A stretch of DNA of 64,000 nt. Origin: Octopus sinensis. Its lineage: Eukaryota. This document shows positions 36,515 through 50,094 of the stretch, one piece after another. The position numbers and the translations under genes are program-made. Numbering within the stretch: the first letter of the stretch is position 1; each line of letters begins with the position of its first letter. Location: the NCBI RefSeq assembly GCF_006345805.1, contig NC_043019.1:28333360-28397359 (forward strand), read 5' to 3'. The notes beneath the pieces were generated by a model. That model saw nothing but the letters and a program-made list of their open reading frames with translations, did not search any database and had not been told where the DNA came from.

Positions 36515-38022
36515 GTAGGCCTCTTCAAAATAACCTAAACACTTCTTGAATTTTAATTAACCTGTACAGTTGTTTGAAAAAAAAAAAATTGTTTAATTAT
36601 GAAAAGAAGTAAACAGTACATTAATTAACGTTTTAGTATTTTCATGCTAAATCTTTACTGTGGTACAAAAATCATATTTATCTCACATGTTTTATCTTGT
36701 TTTTATTTTGTGCCTTGTTAGTTGCTTTTATTATATGGATGTATGCTATTTCCTTTCATTCTATCAACATGTTTTACTTCAATGCCTGTAACTTATTTGT
36801 ATTTCATGGCTGTGCTTCTATGAATCTTGCATTTCAGCACTTCTATATCTAATGATCTTGAAATCTTAACTCTTTTTTTTTTAGCGTAGAAAATGTTTTA
36901 TTCTGTTTAGACACACCTTTTTACCTTCCAACTTTAGATACTCAAACAAAGTATACCTTTCTTTTCTTCCAATAAAATCTATAAATAAAACCAAGAACTC
37001 TGCATCCCTATATTCCCACTTTGATTGTTATTCTGATTTAAATTCATGGATTTTCTAATTTAATAAGTAACTTCATTATTTTGTGCTTATACACACATGT
37101 ATACAAAATGTACACAAACTTGAGTTGACAAGAGAGCCTTGACATAATCACTCAACCTGTTAAAAATAGCAGTCAAAAGCATTCACATCTTAAAAGGGAA
37201 GGACACTGTGTTGTAGTCCTAAATGCCTCTGAACAGATGGAATGGTCCCAGATGGAATGTTTGTTCATTATAGCTTTGTTTGCTCAAATAGAGTTGAGCT
37301 AGAGCTAAACCACAATGTAGACACAGGCTCATACAAATGAATATATAAATATAGGAAAGTATGTGTGTGTGTGTATGTGTATGTATATATGAAATTAAAG
37401 AAATTACAAGAAAGCAGGAGTTATGTAATCAACTTCATTAGCTTACAGTTGTTTCTGAGCGCTTGTACATCACCTTATAGCTTTCTCAGAGTCTTTAAAA
37501 AATGAAGTGTGTAATTCCTGTTGCCTTGTCAATCTTTGATACCGTATTATACTCTGCACTTGCCTAATGCTTTATTTTGAGGCTCTTGTATATTGAATTC
37601 TAACAGCAGGTTGTTACTATCACTATGCCTAAGTGAAATCTTAATCTATATATACACACATATCACTGTGACCGACCAGACTATCAGATGTTGCTACACA
37701 TCACTGGTCACAATGCGCTTTGCATTGTTTTAGCCTTCAAATGACGCCACCCCGCTGGCTAAGCGAGCAGGCCAACAGAAGAAAGAGTGAGAGAAAGTTG
37801 TGGCGAAAGAGTACAGCAAGGGTCGCCACCACCCCCTGGAGCTTTAGGTGTTTTAGCTCAATAAACACTCACAACGCCCGGTTTGGGAATTGAAACCGCA
37901 ATCCTACGACCGCAAGTCCGCTGCCCTAACCACTGGGCCATTGCGCCTACACACACACACACAACACACACACACACACACACACCACACACACACAACA
38001 CACACACACCACACACACACAC

Positions 38023-38054
<32 letters not shown>

Positions 38055-38589
38055 AAGAATTAGAAACTACTTCAACTCTAATTTTCAGAAGCATGTTTTA
38101 CTCGTCCTTCTAAACTCACCTGCTGTCTCTGCTCTGAACTTCAACTAGCCGTTGTAGTGTTCAGCTATCTCTTGTCTTCTCTCTCCACTCTGTTCCCTCT
38201 GAAGTCATCCTCCTCTGTGACTTCAGTATACACAACTTATTTTCACTCATGTACTCCTCTCATAGTGACCACTGGTGCAGAGACGAAATTCTATGAATTG
38301 ACTGTGCTAACTCTAGTATTCTCATATACCTGAATCCCTAACCAATACACCAACTCTCTCCAGTCACTTCTATTTTCTTCTTTCGTTACAGATCTAAAAG
38401 AATGATCTAAAAAATAAAAAAAAGATTCTAAACTTATTAAAATGGCTCAGACATTTTCACAATTATATACCATATATTTTTTATTTCATATCGTTCCTTT
38501 CTGCTTTCTCTTTTTGTTTCCTGTATACAATCTCTGTCATTGAATCAGATTCTGATGTGAAAATAATTCTTCTTTCCTCTTACTTACAG

Positions 38590-38639
38590 TACTTATTTCT
38601 ATATCTACAGGCGTCCCTAATCACTCAGCATCCATACAG
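38590..38639 (+). CDS. AP3D1: AP3D1 coding exon 10
   Basis: cttacag|TA CTT...CAG|gtacca; (V)LISISTGVPNHSASIQ, matching the vertebrate VLISLSSGMPNHSASIQ stretch; 50 nt; phases fit exons 9 and 11; not in the ORF track. Confidence 0.94.
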
Positions 38640-38837
38640 GTACCAGATATTTCAAATTTTGTTATATTCTTGCAGTATTCTGTTTCCTTGTTTTAAATAT
38701 ACTATTTTTTTTAGCTGTTCCCCAGCAGTTATTTCTTGAAATTTGCATTACCATTTACTAATAACTCTACTAACTTAATAATTTCAAATTTCTTTAAAGA
38801 TTTAAAAAAAGGAATTTCTAGAGATTATCATATATAG

Positions 38838-39156
38838 CAGTGGTCCCCAACCTTTTTTCTACTACAGACTGGTTTCATACAAGACAATCTTTTTCCACAG
38901 ATGCGTATCACAGAACTCAATAAAGTGCATAATATCATTTAATTAGTACATATATAATACATATACCATATTATGCATATATAATGCAAAACCAACACAC
39001 AGACTGTGATATTCAGTAAAAGAGGAATAAAATTATAAAAATTTATTCTTTCTGTGCAGGCCAGTACCAAATGATCCCATGGCCTGGTACTGGCCCACAG
39101 CCTGGTATTGGCTCGCAGCCTGGTACTGACCTGCAGCCTGTGGTTGGGGGCCCCTG
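38838..39156 (+). mobile_element. hAT-like MITE
   Basis: CAGTGGTCCCCAACC...GGTTGGGGGCCCCTG TIRs; 8-bp TSD ATATATAG/ATATATTG; interrupted relatives at ~17900-18605, ~31685-32700, ~62860-63310. Confidence 0.75.
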
Positions 39157-39449
39157 ATATATTGATTAATATTAAAGAATCACTATGGAGTGGTATTAAT
39201 TATTTTTAGTTTAATTATATCTTTTTATTTTTATTTTTTTCGTATTTATATCTTTTTCTAAATGGTTTGAAATCATTTCGTATCTAATCTCTTATTTACT
39301 TCATAAACACCATACGGTATAGGCATTGGCCTGTCTACGTGGGTAAGAAGTTTGCTTTTCAGTTATGTGCTTCCAGGGCCAGTGCCACCGTGCAGCACTG
39401 TTGGTTAGTGTCTTCTACTATAGCCTCGGACCAAGTGCTTATGCTCATT

Positions 39450-39720
39450 ACCTCATTTGAAAACAGCTGAGTATTAGCACCAGGGAGCACCAGAAACAAC
39501 TATCATTACACTTTCCTGCTGGATTCCCAAGTATGACCAACTGAGATTATGAGTATTACCCAACCATCTTGTTGTTGGTCTATCCACTAGGTTGCCTGCT
39601 GATTGGGTTTACTTGAAGAACCTATCTTGTGATTCTTTCCTGCAACATTCTAACCTCATGTCCAAAGTACTTGAGCTGTAACCTATTAAATTCTTTTCCA
39701 TGGATTTGGTCTACTTGAGG
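39450..39720 (-). pseudogene. Degenerate RTE LINE C-terminal fragment
   Basis: Minus-strand translation RLQLKYFGHEVRMLQERITR.VLQVNPISRQP, with stops and frameshifts. Confidence 0.5.
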
Positions 39721-40214
39721 TTAGAACTACAAGACACAAGCCCCAAGGTTCTCTGCAATAAGATTTAAACTGGAAACACTTGATTGTGAAGTGTACTTCT
39801 CACCCACACAACAATGCCTGTGTCTACATAACGATGTGGTTCAAAACATTGCCTTTCGTACATACAGAATCGATAAAATAAGTACCAGTCAAGTACTGTT
39901 GTTGCTATAAACCTGTCTTTTATTCAGTACTTAGTCAATTATTTGACATGTAAATAGTTGTTATATAGGATTGTTATGAGAGAAAAAGGATCTGTGATGT
40001 ATGTTTTGAGCTAGAAACATGTTTCAAAATAACCTTGTATGGGTGACTGGCTCAGTCATAATTTCAAGTTTGCGGTTGTATGAATGCATGTGACTGCATA
40101 TATATATATAGTTCAAATTTACAAAAAACCAAAAAAAAAAAAACAAAAGATGAAGTCAGGTGTAGAAACAACAAGCAAATGTATTAGTTTAACGCTTGGT
40201 AAAATTGGAAAAGT

Positions 40215-40250
40215 CTTTTACATTTTGAGCCTACATTCTTAGACAGAAAG
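40215..40250 (-). ncRNA. Heavily decayed hammerhead-like motif (24308 family)
   Basis: Minus: cttt CTGTCTA a gaat gtag gctc AAAAT GTA aaag. Confidence 0.3.
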
Positions 40251-40921
40251 AAATAAGAGGAAAAAATGGAGAGAGAAAAACTGTGTAGAATTCAGCAGTG
40301 CAATATGGGGAGATGCCTAGAAATGAAGAGGTTGAATGAAAGGGAGATAATAATGGTAATCCAATGAGCTAAGGTGTGCAAGTGTGTTTGTGTATGTGTG
40401 TGAATGCAGGTGAGTGAGTGTGTATGTGTGAATGGAGATGAGTGAGTCTGTGTGTGTGTTGTGTGTTGCAGTTGTGTGTGCACGTGTGTGCGTATGTATA
40501 GTATATATTTGTGGGCAGAAACTTTCTTTGTCTATTCATGTTGAGTGTGTGTATATATTGTCTGTGTTCAGGTATTTTGTGCTTGTGTGGGTGTATATAT
40601 TGTCTGTGTGCATGAGGGTGTGTGGTGTGTGTACTGAATTAAACTCTGTGTGGCTGCTCATATAGTGGTATGTGTGGTGACACTATTGGTACTAGTGTGT
40701 GATATAGTAATAATAATAATAATAATCCATGGATGGAAGTTCATTATGAAATTCCATCTGTAGATTATTATTATTATATTTATTATATGTTATATCAGCA
40801 CAGCTCAGTACTATCCCTTAAAATAGCTGTTGTAAGTTGGAATTACTAGATGGTCGTTGGAATAATAGCACAGGAGCTTATATGTGCATACTCGGAAATG
40901 TTTCCTGTAAAACAAACTTAA

Positions 40922-40971
<50 letters not shown>

Positions 40972-41187
40972 GTAAAATGGAAATTGTAGTTGTGATACCC
41001 ATGCCGGTGGCACGTAAAAAGCACCCAATACACTCAGAGTGGTTGACATTAGGAAGGACATCCAGCTGTAGAAACACTGCCAGATCAGACTGGAGCCTGG
41101 TGCAGCCTCTTGGCTTCCCAGATCCCGGTCATACTGTCCAACCCATTCTTGCAAGGAAAATTGACGTTAAACGATGATATATATATT

Positions 41188-41223
<36 letters not shown>

Positions 41224-43784
41224 TGCATGTGTGGTTGTGTGTGTATCAAAACTAAATAATCCATGGCCTGGTGCTGGTCAACAGTCCTGTTTTGATGGGG
41301 ATCCCTGGACTAGGGTATTGTTTACTTTCTTTAAAATATATCTTTATGCATAACTGGAAACAGCAGGCATGGTACGACATGTGAGCATGTAATAAAGATA
41401 GAATGAATTCACAGATACTAGTTGTCACTCTTGCTATCAGAATTATAGTAATGACTCAATAATTGCTTTTTGGGACCCTGTAACCAACAATACTTACTTA
41501 TTTGCAAATGCATGTATTAAAAAGAAAACTAATGTAAACATATTTTTATGACATATCATATGAATTATATTTCTTACTCATTTTATTGTTAATATTTGAA
41601 TACTGCAATATAATCATCATCATCAGCAGCAGCAGTGTTTAACATCCGCCTTCCATGCTGTCATGCATTGGATTGTTTGACAGGAGCTGGCAAGCCAGAC
41701 GACTGCACCAAGCTCTAATGTCTGCTTTGGCATGGTTTCTGCAGCTTGATACCCTTCATAACAAGAAAAATTGTTTAGGGAAATAGTTTACAGATATAAG
41801 CAAAGGAATATTTTCGTCTGTGGTTATTTAACATTTTTTTTTTAATTTGAAAAATGTAATCCTCTTTATGATTCATGGACTTTTTAATTAATTGAAAAGC
41901 GTAAGTGTAAGGCAATGCATAGATCTCAACCTGTTTAGCATTCAGATTACTATGTCAAATGTAATGTCAAGCTTATTTATTCATGTTGTTTTGAATTTAT
42001 TAGGTAGCTTTGAGATTTCAAAGATGTGATTATTTATCTTTAGAATTACATTGTAGGGTAGGTGTGAAAGGTTAGATCTGATGAGCTTGTACATAAAGCA
42101 GATAGAATATTTTGGCCAGATATGGCTGGTTTAAATGCTGCACATGTCTGAAGATCGATTATATTTTATGGAAGTGCATTATCAAAACTATTACGGTATC
42201 ATACAAAGTGCTTTGCAATAGTTGTAGGTAGGGGGGCTCCGAAAGGGGTCTCAGGTAGTAGCATTCCTACCTTCATAAGCTAGTTTTCCACCACATTTCT
42301 CAAAAATCATGGTAGAAGCCTTGGTCTCGGGACCACTCCTGTCTAGAAACTGAGGTTGGGGGGTAAGCAAGGGCATGCTCCCCATAGAAAATCCAGCTCC
42401 AAAAAAGCCCCATGATAGCAAAGGAGCATGCGCACCTTCTAGCCCAAAGGTTGGGGTGGGCTGCACCTGCCTACCTCAGTTTCTATGGCATTGAGGTAGA
42501 TCCAGCCACCCCCATTAACAGGGACACAACCCAGATTTAAAACACTGGATGATGATGATGATTGTGAGCTACTAATAGCACACCGGGAAAAATGCTTAGT
42601 GGCATTCTGGCCATCTTTATATTCAGAGTTCAAATTCCACCAAGTAGTTGTTGAATCTGCTAGAAAAAGCAGCCAAATCTCCCTCAAATTACACCCTCCC
42701 ATCTTCAATCCTTTTGCATTTAAAATTGCCATATCCGACACAAATGTTCCACCTGTTTTATGTTGAAAATGGCCAGCTCTGACCTCTCACACCAAACCTA
42801 TAATGTCATTCTGAAAATAAACAATCACATCGTAGAAGTCTTGATTCTATGAGGTATTACATGATTAATTCAAAACAATGGGAATAAATAATCATTACAT
42901 TTGACAGAATAATCTGAATTCTGAAGGGACAAAAGGAGCACATTGGGTGTTGTACACCATATCAGAATAAAAGATGGAATGGTCATAGCTGGAACACCTT
43001 TGATCACCTGAAGCTAGGACAACAACAACAACAACAACTACTATTATATAATGTTGTAGGACTTTAAAATGTGAGGAAATTATTTCAGTAGGGTTAAACA
43101 AGGTTTTATTAAATTTTTTACTGGTTTCCAACTGCTGGGGAACACTTTTGTTTGATATATGTAGCTGTTGTTGTGATGGTGGCGGTGGTGGTGATGGTGG
43201 CACTAGTGACAATGTTCATGAGAACGAAAATGGAAAAAAAAAAAATGTATGGAAAAGTAAACTTGCTGGTATTGGTCGATTGGTTGGTTGGTTCATTCTG
43301 AATTCATTTGTTGCTAATCTCTTCTCACCAGCTTTTTGTCTACAACATTTTATTTTGTATTTTAATTTTCAGTTATATATATATATATATATATGTGTAT
43401 ATATATATATGTTAATTTTTGAAAATGTTTGTTATGGTTATATAATTGTATCTGCATTATCTCCCTGAAGCTGTAAACTAAAAAGAAAACAACAACAACA
43501 AATTTTCATTCATTTAAAAATTACATTAGATATCAACAAATACAAATATTTTTTATGTAATGTGATTGTCTTCAATACTATTTCATTTTGTCACATTAAT
43601 AATTTTAAAATTGATGCTGAACTAGAAATTTCCTTCTTTTGAGGTGATTATATATAAATTTCTTGGACTATTATTAACTTATCTGTAGAAGTGATTTTTT
43701 TTTTTTTTTCTGTTTACTTCAACAGTACATTGACTGGATTTGATCTCTAATAATCATAGATGTCTTATTCCTAGATATGTACAG

Positions 43785-44130
43785 AGGTGTGGCTGTGTGG
43801 TTAAGAAGCTTGATTCCAAACCATGTTCTCTTGAGTTCAGTTCCACTGCATGGCACTTTGTGCAAGTGTCTTCTACTAAAGCCCTGGGCCAACCAAAGCC
43901 TTGTGAGTGAATTTGGTAGACTGAAAGAAGCCCATCATGTGTATGTATACATGTGTGCGTTTTGTTTGTCCTCCACCACCACTGTACAACCAGTATTGGT
44001 TTGTTTATGTCCTTGTGACTTTGCAGTTCAGCAAAAAGAGAACAATAGAGTAAGTATCAGACTTGGGGTCAATTTGTTAAGCTAAACCCTTGAAGTCAGT
44101 GTCCCAGCATGGCCACAGTTCAGTGATTAA
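43785..44130 (+). mobile_element. tRNA-derived SINE family A (diverged)
   Basis: As above. Confidence 0.75.
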
Positions 44131-44540
44131 ACATGTAAAAGATAGACAGTACCTGAGTGGATTTATATTGAGAAACTTTTTGTAATGTATTCAGGAATAA
44201 GACACCTGATGATAATTGAAGATCAAATCATCTAAGAGGTAATCATGAAAAGAAATAATGCATTTCTCACAATGAGGTTATTAGCATACTGACTTCTTAA
44301 AAACAATTTACTTTTATCATCTACCTCTCTATTTCTCTCTAATTAGTCAGGGATTCACCATGGAAACGAAACTTACCAGTTTCAGTGAATTTAGTCCATA
44401 GGTGTATTGCTAATTAATTTTACTGTAGTTAGTTTCTTATGCATTAATTTTTAATATTCTCGTGCTTATTTACCAGTATTTGTGTAGGTATGTATGCGTA
44501 TATATATATATGTGTGTGTGTATATATATATATATATATA

Positions 44541-45567
44541 CTGGGGTTGGACAAAATTATGGAAACACCTTACAATTTCAAACAAATTTATTTTAATATG
44601 GGGTAGGACCACTTTTGGCAGTAATTACAGCTTGAATTCTATGAGGTATGGACTCATACAAAGTTTGCATTATCATCCTAGAAGATTGCGTTTCCCTCTA
44701 GAAACAGTTCCACAACCATAGGATGAATTTGATAGATAAAATGCTTAAATTGTCTTGACTATTAATTCTGCCATGAAGGGAAACCATTGGGCCGGCAGAT
44801 TTCCAAGATATAGCCCCCCCCCCCCCCCATCATCACAGATCCTCCCTCATATTTAACAGTTGGAAGAAGGCAGTCTGGGTGAAATGCTTCTTTTGGCTAT
44901 CTCCACATATGTACTCGGCCAATGGTCGGAAATAAGGTAAAGGATGACTTGTCTGAGAAAATAACATTCTTCCACTTCTCTAGGCACCAATTCTGTAGGT
45001 TTTTACTCCACCATAAATGCTTTGCAATGTTTGTTTTTGAAAGTAGTGGTTTTCTGATTACAGCCCTCCTGTGAAATCTGGCTTTGTGCAGCTCCTGGCG
45101 AACAGTTTTTGTGAAAACTGGGTTGTCGAGGTGGTCATTAAGCTCTGCAGTAATTTTGGGAGCTGTACTTTTGTCATTCTTTCTAACAATTTGTGTACGA
45201 GTCCAACGGTCCCTATCTGAAAGTTTTGGTTTTCTTTTGGAGTTTTTTTTCCTCTCTCTCAAAGGCTCTCATTACTTTCAAAACAGTACTTCTTGATACA
45301 CCAAACATTTCAGCTGTTTTTGTTACGCTAGCCCCTGCCATACAAGCACCAACAATTTGACCACTTTGAAAGTCCGATAAATCTGTCATCTTAATGAATT
45401 TTTCTGATGATATCTGAAAAGAAACAACAATTTTAGCAAAACATATTAGGCAACACTAATAATAAATCAAAAATCATAAAAACAAACAATCTTTTGACGC
45501 TTTTATAGGTATTTCAAAATTATGATGCTGAGATGCTAGGTGTTTCCATTATTTTGTCCAACCCCTG
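44541..45567 (-). mobile_element. Tc1-like transposon, internally deleted
   Basis: 30-bp TIRs C(T/A)GGGGTTGGACAAAAT(T/A)ATGGAAACACCT; ...KPLLSKTN...WKNVIFSDKSSF...RVHMWR. Confidence 0.88.
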
Positions 45568-45745
45568 TGTATATATAAGGTTAGTTGAGTTAGAGGTTAA
45601 AATAACTGTCTAAGGAATAGAAGTATCCATTGCACTACCGGTATATTACCTATGTTTAACCATGGGCATACATATGCAAACATATTATGCCCATAAATTA
45701 TAGGTTAAGACAAGGATAAACATGAGCTTATCAAGAATCAAAATT

Positions 45746-45918
45746 TAAAGAAAACCAAAAATATAGAAATATTGATGAACAATAATTCACTTACATCAAT
45801 TATTATCTATTAATTCAATGCAAATAGATTGCAGTCTATTTGCATTGAATTAATTAATAATAATTGATGTAAGTCAATTGTTGTTCATCAAAGTTTCTCC
45901 ATTTTTTTGTTTTCTTTA
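45746..45918. repeat. Imperfect palindrome (~85-nt arms) centred at 45829-45834
   Basis: ...attcaatgcaaataga ttgcag tctatttgcattgaat... Confidence 0.85.
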
Positions 45919-46041
45919 TATGTGTGTGTAAATATTTATATATATATATATAGTTCAAATTTACAGAAAACAAAAGATGAAGACAGGTGTAGGAACAACA
46001 AGCAGGTGTATTAGTCTAGCGCTCAGGAAAAATGGAAAAGT

Positions 46042-46077
46042 CTTTTATGTTTTGAGCCAATGCTCTTCGGCAGAAAG
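46042..46077 (-). ncRNA. Decayed hammerhead-like motif (24308 family)
   Basis: Minus: cttt CTGCCGA a gagc attg gctc AAAAC ATA aaag; both changes are CpG>CpA. Confidence 0.35.
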
Positions 46078-46288
46078 GAATAAGAGGGAAAATGGAGAGA
46101 GAAAAAAGCAGTGTAGAGTTCAGCAGTCCAACACGTGTGTGTGTGTGTCGTGATTAAAAATAAATTCTCGTATATTCAATCTTCTGTCTTTCATTTGTAT
46201 ATATATGGGGAGAATTCACAAAAGACAAAGACAGGTGGTGTAGACAACAAACAGATGTTTTAGTATAATGCTCGGGAAGTGAAAAGTT

Positions 46289-46324
46289 CTTTAACGTTTC
46301 AAGCCTACACTCTTCAACAGAAAG
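46289..46324 (-). ncRNA. Non-canonical hammerhead-like motif (24308 family)
   Basis: Minus: cttt CTGTTGA a gagt gtag gctt GAAAC GTT aaag; stem I cttt/aaag. Confidence 0.4.
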
Positions 46325-46504
46325 AAATGAGGAGAGAAAATAAAGAATGTGTAGTGGCTAGCGATATCTATCTATATAAATATATATCTCTCTCTATATA
46401 TATATATCTATATAGATATAGAAAGATATATATCTATCTATATATATATATATTGATATCTATCTATCTGTATATATATATATAGATAGATAGATAGATA
46501 TAAA

Positions 46505-46957
46505 TATATTGCGTCCTCAGTATATCATGGAATTTTCTGGCTAATATCTGTAAATTTATATCACAGACTCCTTAGTATATCATGGGTTTCTGCAGCCAAT
46601 AGGTATATATATGTTTTTAGATTTTTATTATTTCTGTGTAAATTAAGCATTTTCATGCCTAAAATTTAATAAATATACAGTACAGTACTGCACTGTATAA
46701 CACATTAATTAAAATATATAAAAAAAAATACATAGTGTACTGTAGATGAGTAAACAAAGAATTGCATATACTGTATGGAAAATGAAACTCGGGAGGCGAG
46801 TGTGTAGTGTGCTTTTGTATTTATAATAAAATAAATATATACAAATTATAAAAATGATAAAAAAAAAAGTAAACAGTTTCTATTTCTCCTTCACAGATTT
46901 TCACCTATTGCAGGGTGTTTTTGGAATGTAATACCCGCGATAGTTGAGGGATTACTG
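46505..46957 (+). mobile_element. Tigger/pogo-like MITE fragment
   Basis: 3' end ...cccgcgatagttgagggattactg and an internal tacagtacagtactg motif; 5' TIR not found. Confidence 0.4.
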
Positions 46958-47689
46958 TCTATATTGTTGTTATTATGTTAAACTGTCATTTGGCCAAATG
47001 GGTTTTTTTTTTTTCAATATTTATTTTTGCTTGCAATAAACGGTTCCTTTGGTCAAACTATCATGTCTCCAGCTGCTTCAGCCAGGATATGAAAATTATC
47101 AAAGTGCAGTACAATGGTTTTGCTATGGAATGGTGAAACTGTTTTGTTGTCTTCTGAAAATGCAATGTTTTGGACTTAGATGACACTTTCGCATAATAGC
47201 AACGATATATATATAAAAACAAAAGAGAATGGCACCCACCATATTTTGTAGAAGTTACATATATATATTTAATAATAGTTTGATTCAGCTCCATATCACT
47301 TAAAGTTTCATCGGTTCGTAAGATGGACCTATCTCTCGCTTCTGATTTCTAATAGGAAGAGTTCATCCTATTTGCCTACAAAATTTTAACATTTTTAGCA
47401 TCCAGATTATTCTGTGAAATGAAATGCTTATTTATTCACATTGTTTTGAATTAATCTTGCATTACCTGTAGCTTTGAGATTTCAATGATTTGATTGTATA
47501 TTTTTAGAATGATATTGTAGGGCAGATATGAGAGACCAGATCTAGCTGGCTTGAATACAAAGCAAGTAGAATATTAGGGCCAGATATGGGTCAAACTGTC
47601 ATTAATGTGTGTGTGTATTTGATTTTGATTTTTCCAGTTTCAGCTAATGAGCTGTGGCCATGCTGAGGCACCAGGTTGTGGTGAATAAA

Positions 47690-48250
47690 CTGTCGTCGAA
47701 ATTACGCAAAAGTAAAAACAACAACAACATCTCATTTTAAGAGATATATTTACCAAAATTTCACAAAAATTTCTTGAAATACTAAAGAGGAAATTTATTC
47801 AATGAAATCACCATTGGCTTCAACCACGACCTCCACACGACTTCAGAATCTCCTGCAACTCTTCTGGATGGTCTCCTTGTTTAAGTTGGTGAAGGCTGCC
47901 ATAATCCTTGCCTTCAGTTCATCTTTGGTGTTACAAAGAATTTTGTTGGTCTCTCGCTCAACTGTGGCAGCATACATAATAATCAAAGGGGTTGCAGTCT
48001 GGGAAGTTAGGTGGCCAGATGTTAAGGGTGATGTGGTCACAGGATTTGTCTGACAGCCATGACTGGGTTCTCCTGCTTGTGTGGCATGGCACAGAGTCCT
48101 GTTGCGAGACATAGGGTCTTCCACTAGCCACCCTCTTTACCCAGGGCAGCACTACCTTCTCTAGGCACTTGATGTAGGCCTGTATGTTGAGTCTGAGGCT
48201 GTGTGGGAAGCCATCACTAGTGATCACTTCAAACACCAAATTACTGTTCT
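47690..48250 (-). mobile_element. mariner/maT transposase 3' fragment
   Basis: QQDSVPCHTSRRTQSWL...WPPNFPDCNPFDYY. Confidence 0.8.
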
Positions 48251-48778
48251 ATAAACATTAATAGTTGTCATCTCGAGAAATTTTCAATAGAACTAAAAAT
48301 ATATTACAAAAATCTATAAACCAGTCTACCTTAACACCTTAACATTCAAACTGGTCATATTCAACCAGTTTTATGTCAAAACTGGCCAGATCTGGCCTCT
48401 CACACTTCTCCTATCTTTCTAAAACTAAGCAATCACATCATAAAAATGTCTTGGCTACATAATAATGCCTGATTAATTCAAAATAATGTGAATAAATTAA
48501 GCATTGCATTTGACAGAGTAATATGAATACTAAAGGGTTAAGAAGAGTGAGACGATAGTTCTTTCTCCCAATAACTACATTGATATGCACCTGGGCACAC
48601 AACCATCACACCACATAACCGGGTGTGGCCAATGAAAATATTGTGTAAACCATTGTGTAGTAACTTCCAGTACAGTCCAATATGTTATTCATTTTGTTGT
48701 CACCTGCAAGATTGCATTGAATGAGAAACTGTGAATAGTGTTGGAGTGAATCACTTGCTTTGAACAAATATACATATA

Positions 48779-48809
<31 letters not shown>

Positions 48810-49599
48810 ATCATCATTATTGCCTCTGCATTAATATAGCCACATGGGTTAGACAGGGCAAGCTTCAATACATCTCTCCCTCTCCACTTGTTGTAGTCTT
48901 TTTTTATGTCCTTTGTGCATCACAGCATCCTAAAATCCACCCTCATCTCTTCAGTTCATCTCTTTGCTTTCTCTTTTCCAGAGGCTTCTTGTAATCATGC
49001 CATTTGACACTTTTACCTAACTAGAATACTTCATGCACATCACATATCCATATCCTCCCAGTTTTCTCTCTTACATACACACTCTCTTCTAATATCAATT
49101 TATATGCTCTGTCGTTCATACATCCAGCAGGTCATTAGTCACCTTGTTTCTTTCCACCTTTCACTTACCTTCCACATTCAGTGGTTATGATATGCTACCT
49201 TGAAAATATTGCCCTTTTTATACAAGCATCATGCAATCTGCTTTTCATTTAGAGGTAGAAGCTCTTTGCTGTCAACAGAAAGATGAAGCTCCCTGAACTT
49301 TGTATACTCCATCCTTACTCTGGCTACTATATTTTCACTACACTTACCTCATCTGCTGATTAAACCACTTTGGTAACAGGCTATCAACTATTTCTGATAA
49401 GCCTTCTGGATAATTAAGGAACTTAATTCTTTACATATTCAATATACTCATTGTTTATATTGGATATACAGTATATAGTTCCTAACTATTCCATTTCTGT
49501 ATATTAAGCATGGCCACTTCCCAGCTGATTGTAGGGGGTTTGGGGTTGTTTTTTTTACCAGGTGACTAAAACTTGTGTGTTTGTGAAATTGTCACTTAG

Positions 49600-49860
49600 G
49601 CCTCTGAGCATATGAAGTGAGCATGTGCCACTAAATCTGTACAGTTAGTGTGCATTAAAGATGGAGAGAAAAGCTGCATGTGTGAGGAATAGATGTAGTG
49701 TGAAGAGGTAAAATTGTGCTGGTATGGATGTGTGATGCATATGGAAAATATCAGTTGTAAAATGAACTGTTGTACATTTGAAGTGGATGGAACCTGTAGT
49801 AGAAAGGAAGATTAGGGAAAATATAGGATAGAATGGGTATGACTGATTACAAGAAGCCGA
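49600..49860 (+). pseudogene. Degenerate RTE LINE C-terminal fragment
   Basis: LCWYGCVMHMEN...EVDGTCSR resembles the 32295-32666 ORF. Confidence 0.5.
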
Positions 49861-50094
49861 ATTTTATGTTGGAAATGACAAAGGAAAATAAAATGAAAAA
49901 AACGTGGTGAATGGTGATTTCCAGTGTTGAAGACCTGCTTACACATAGAAGCATGGCAATATGGACTTTTAAAATGATAGTGGATGGAAGTTGGAATTTG
50001 GCTCCATCCTTATTCAACAATTGGTTATTTTTCTCCCTCTCGTTAATCACGCTACCTGTGTAGCAGGAGATGATATTGGATCTGCTCATTTAAG

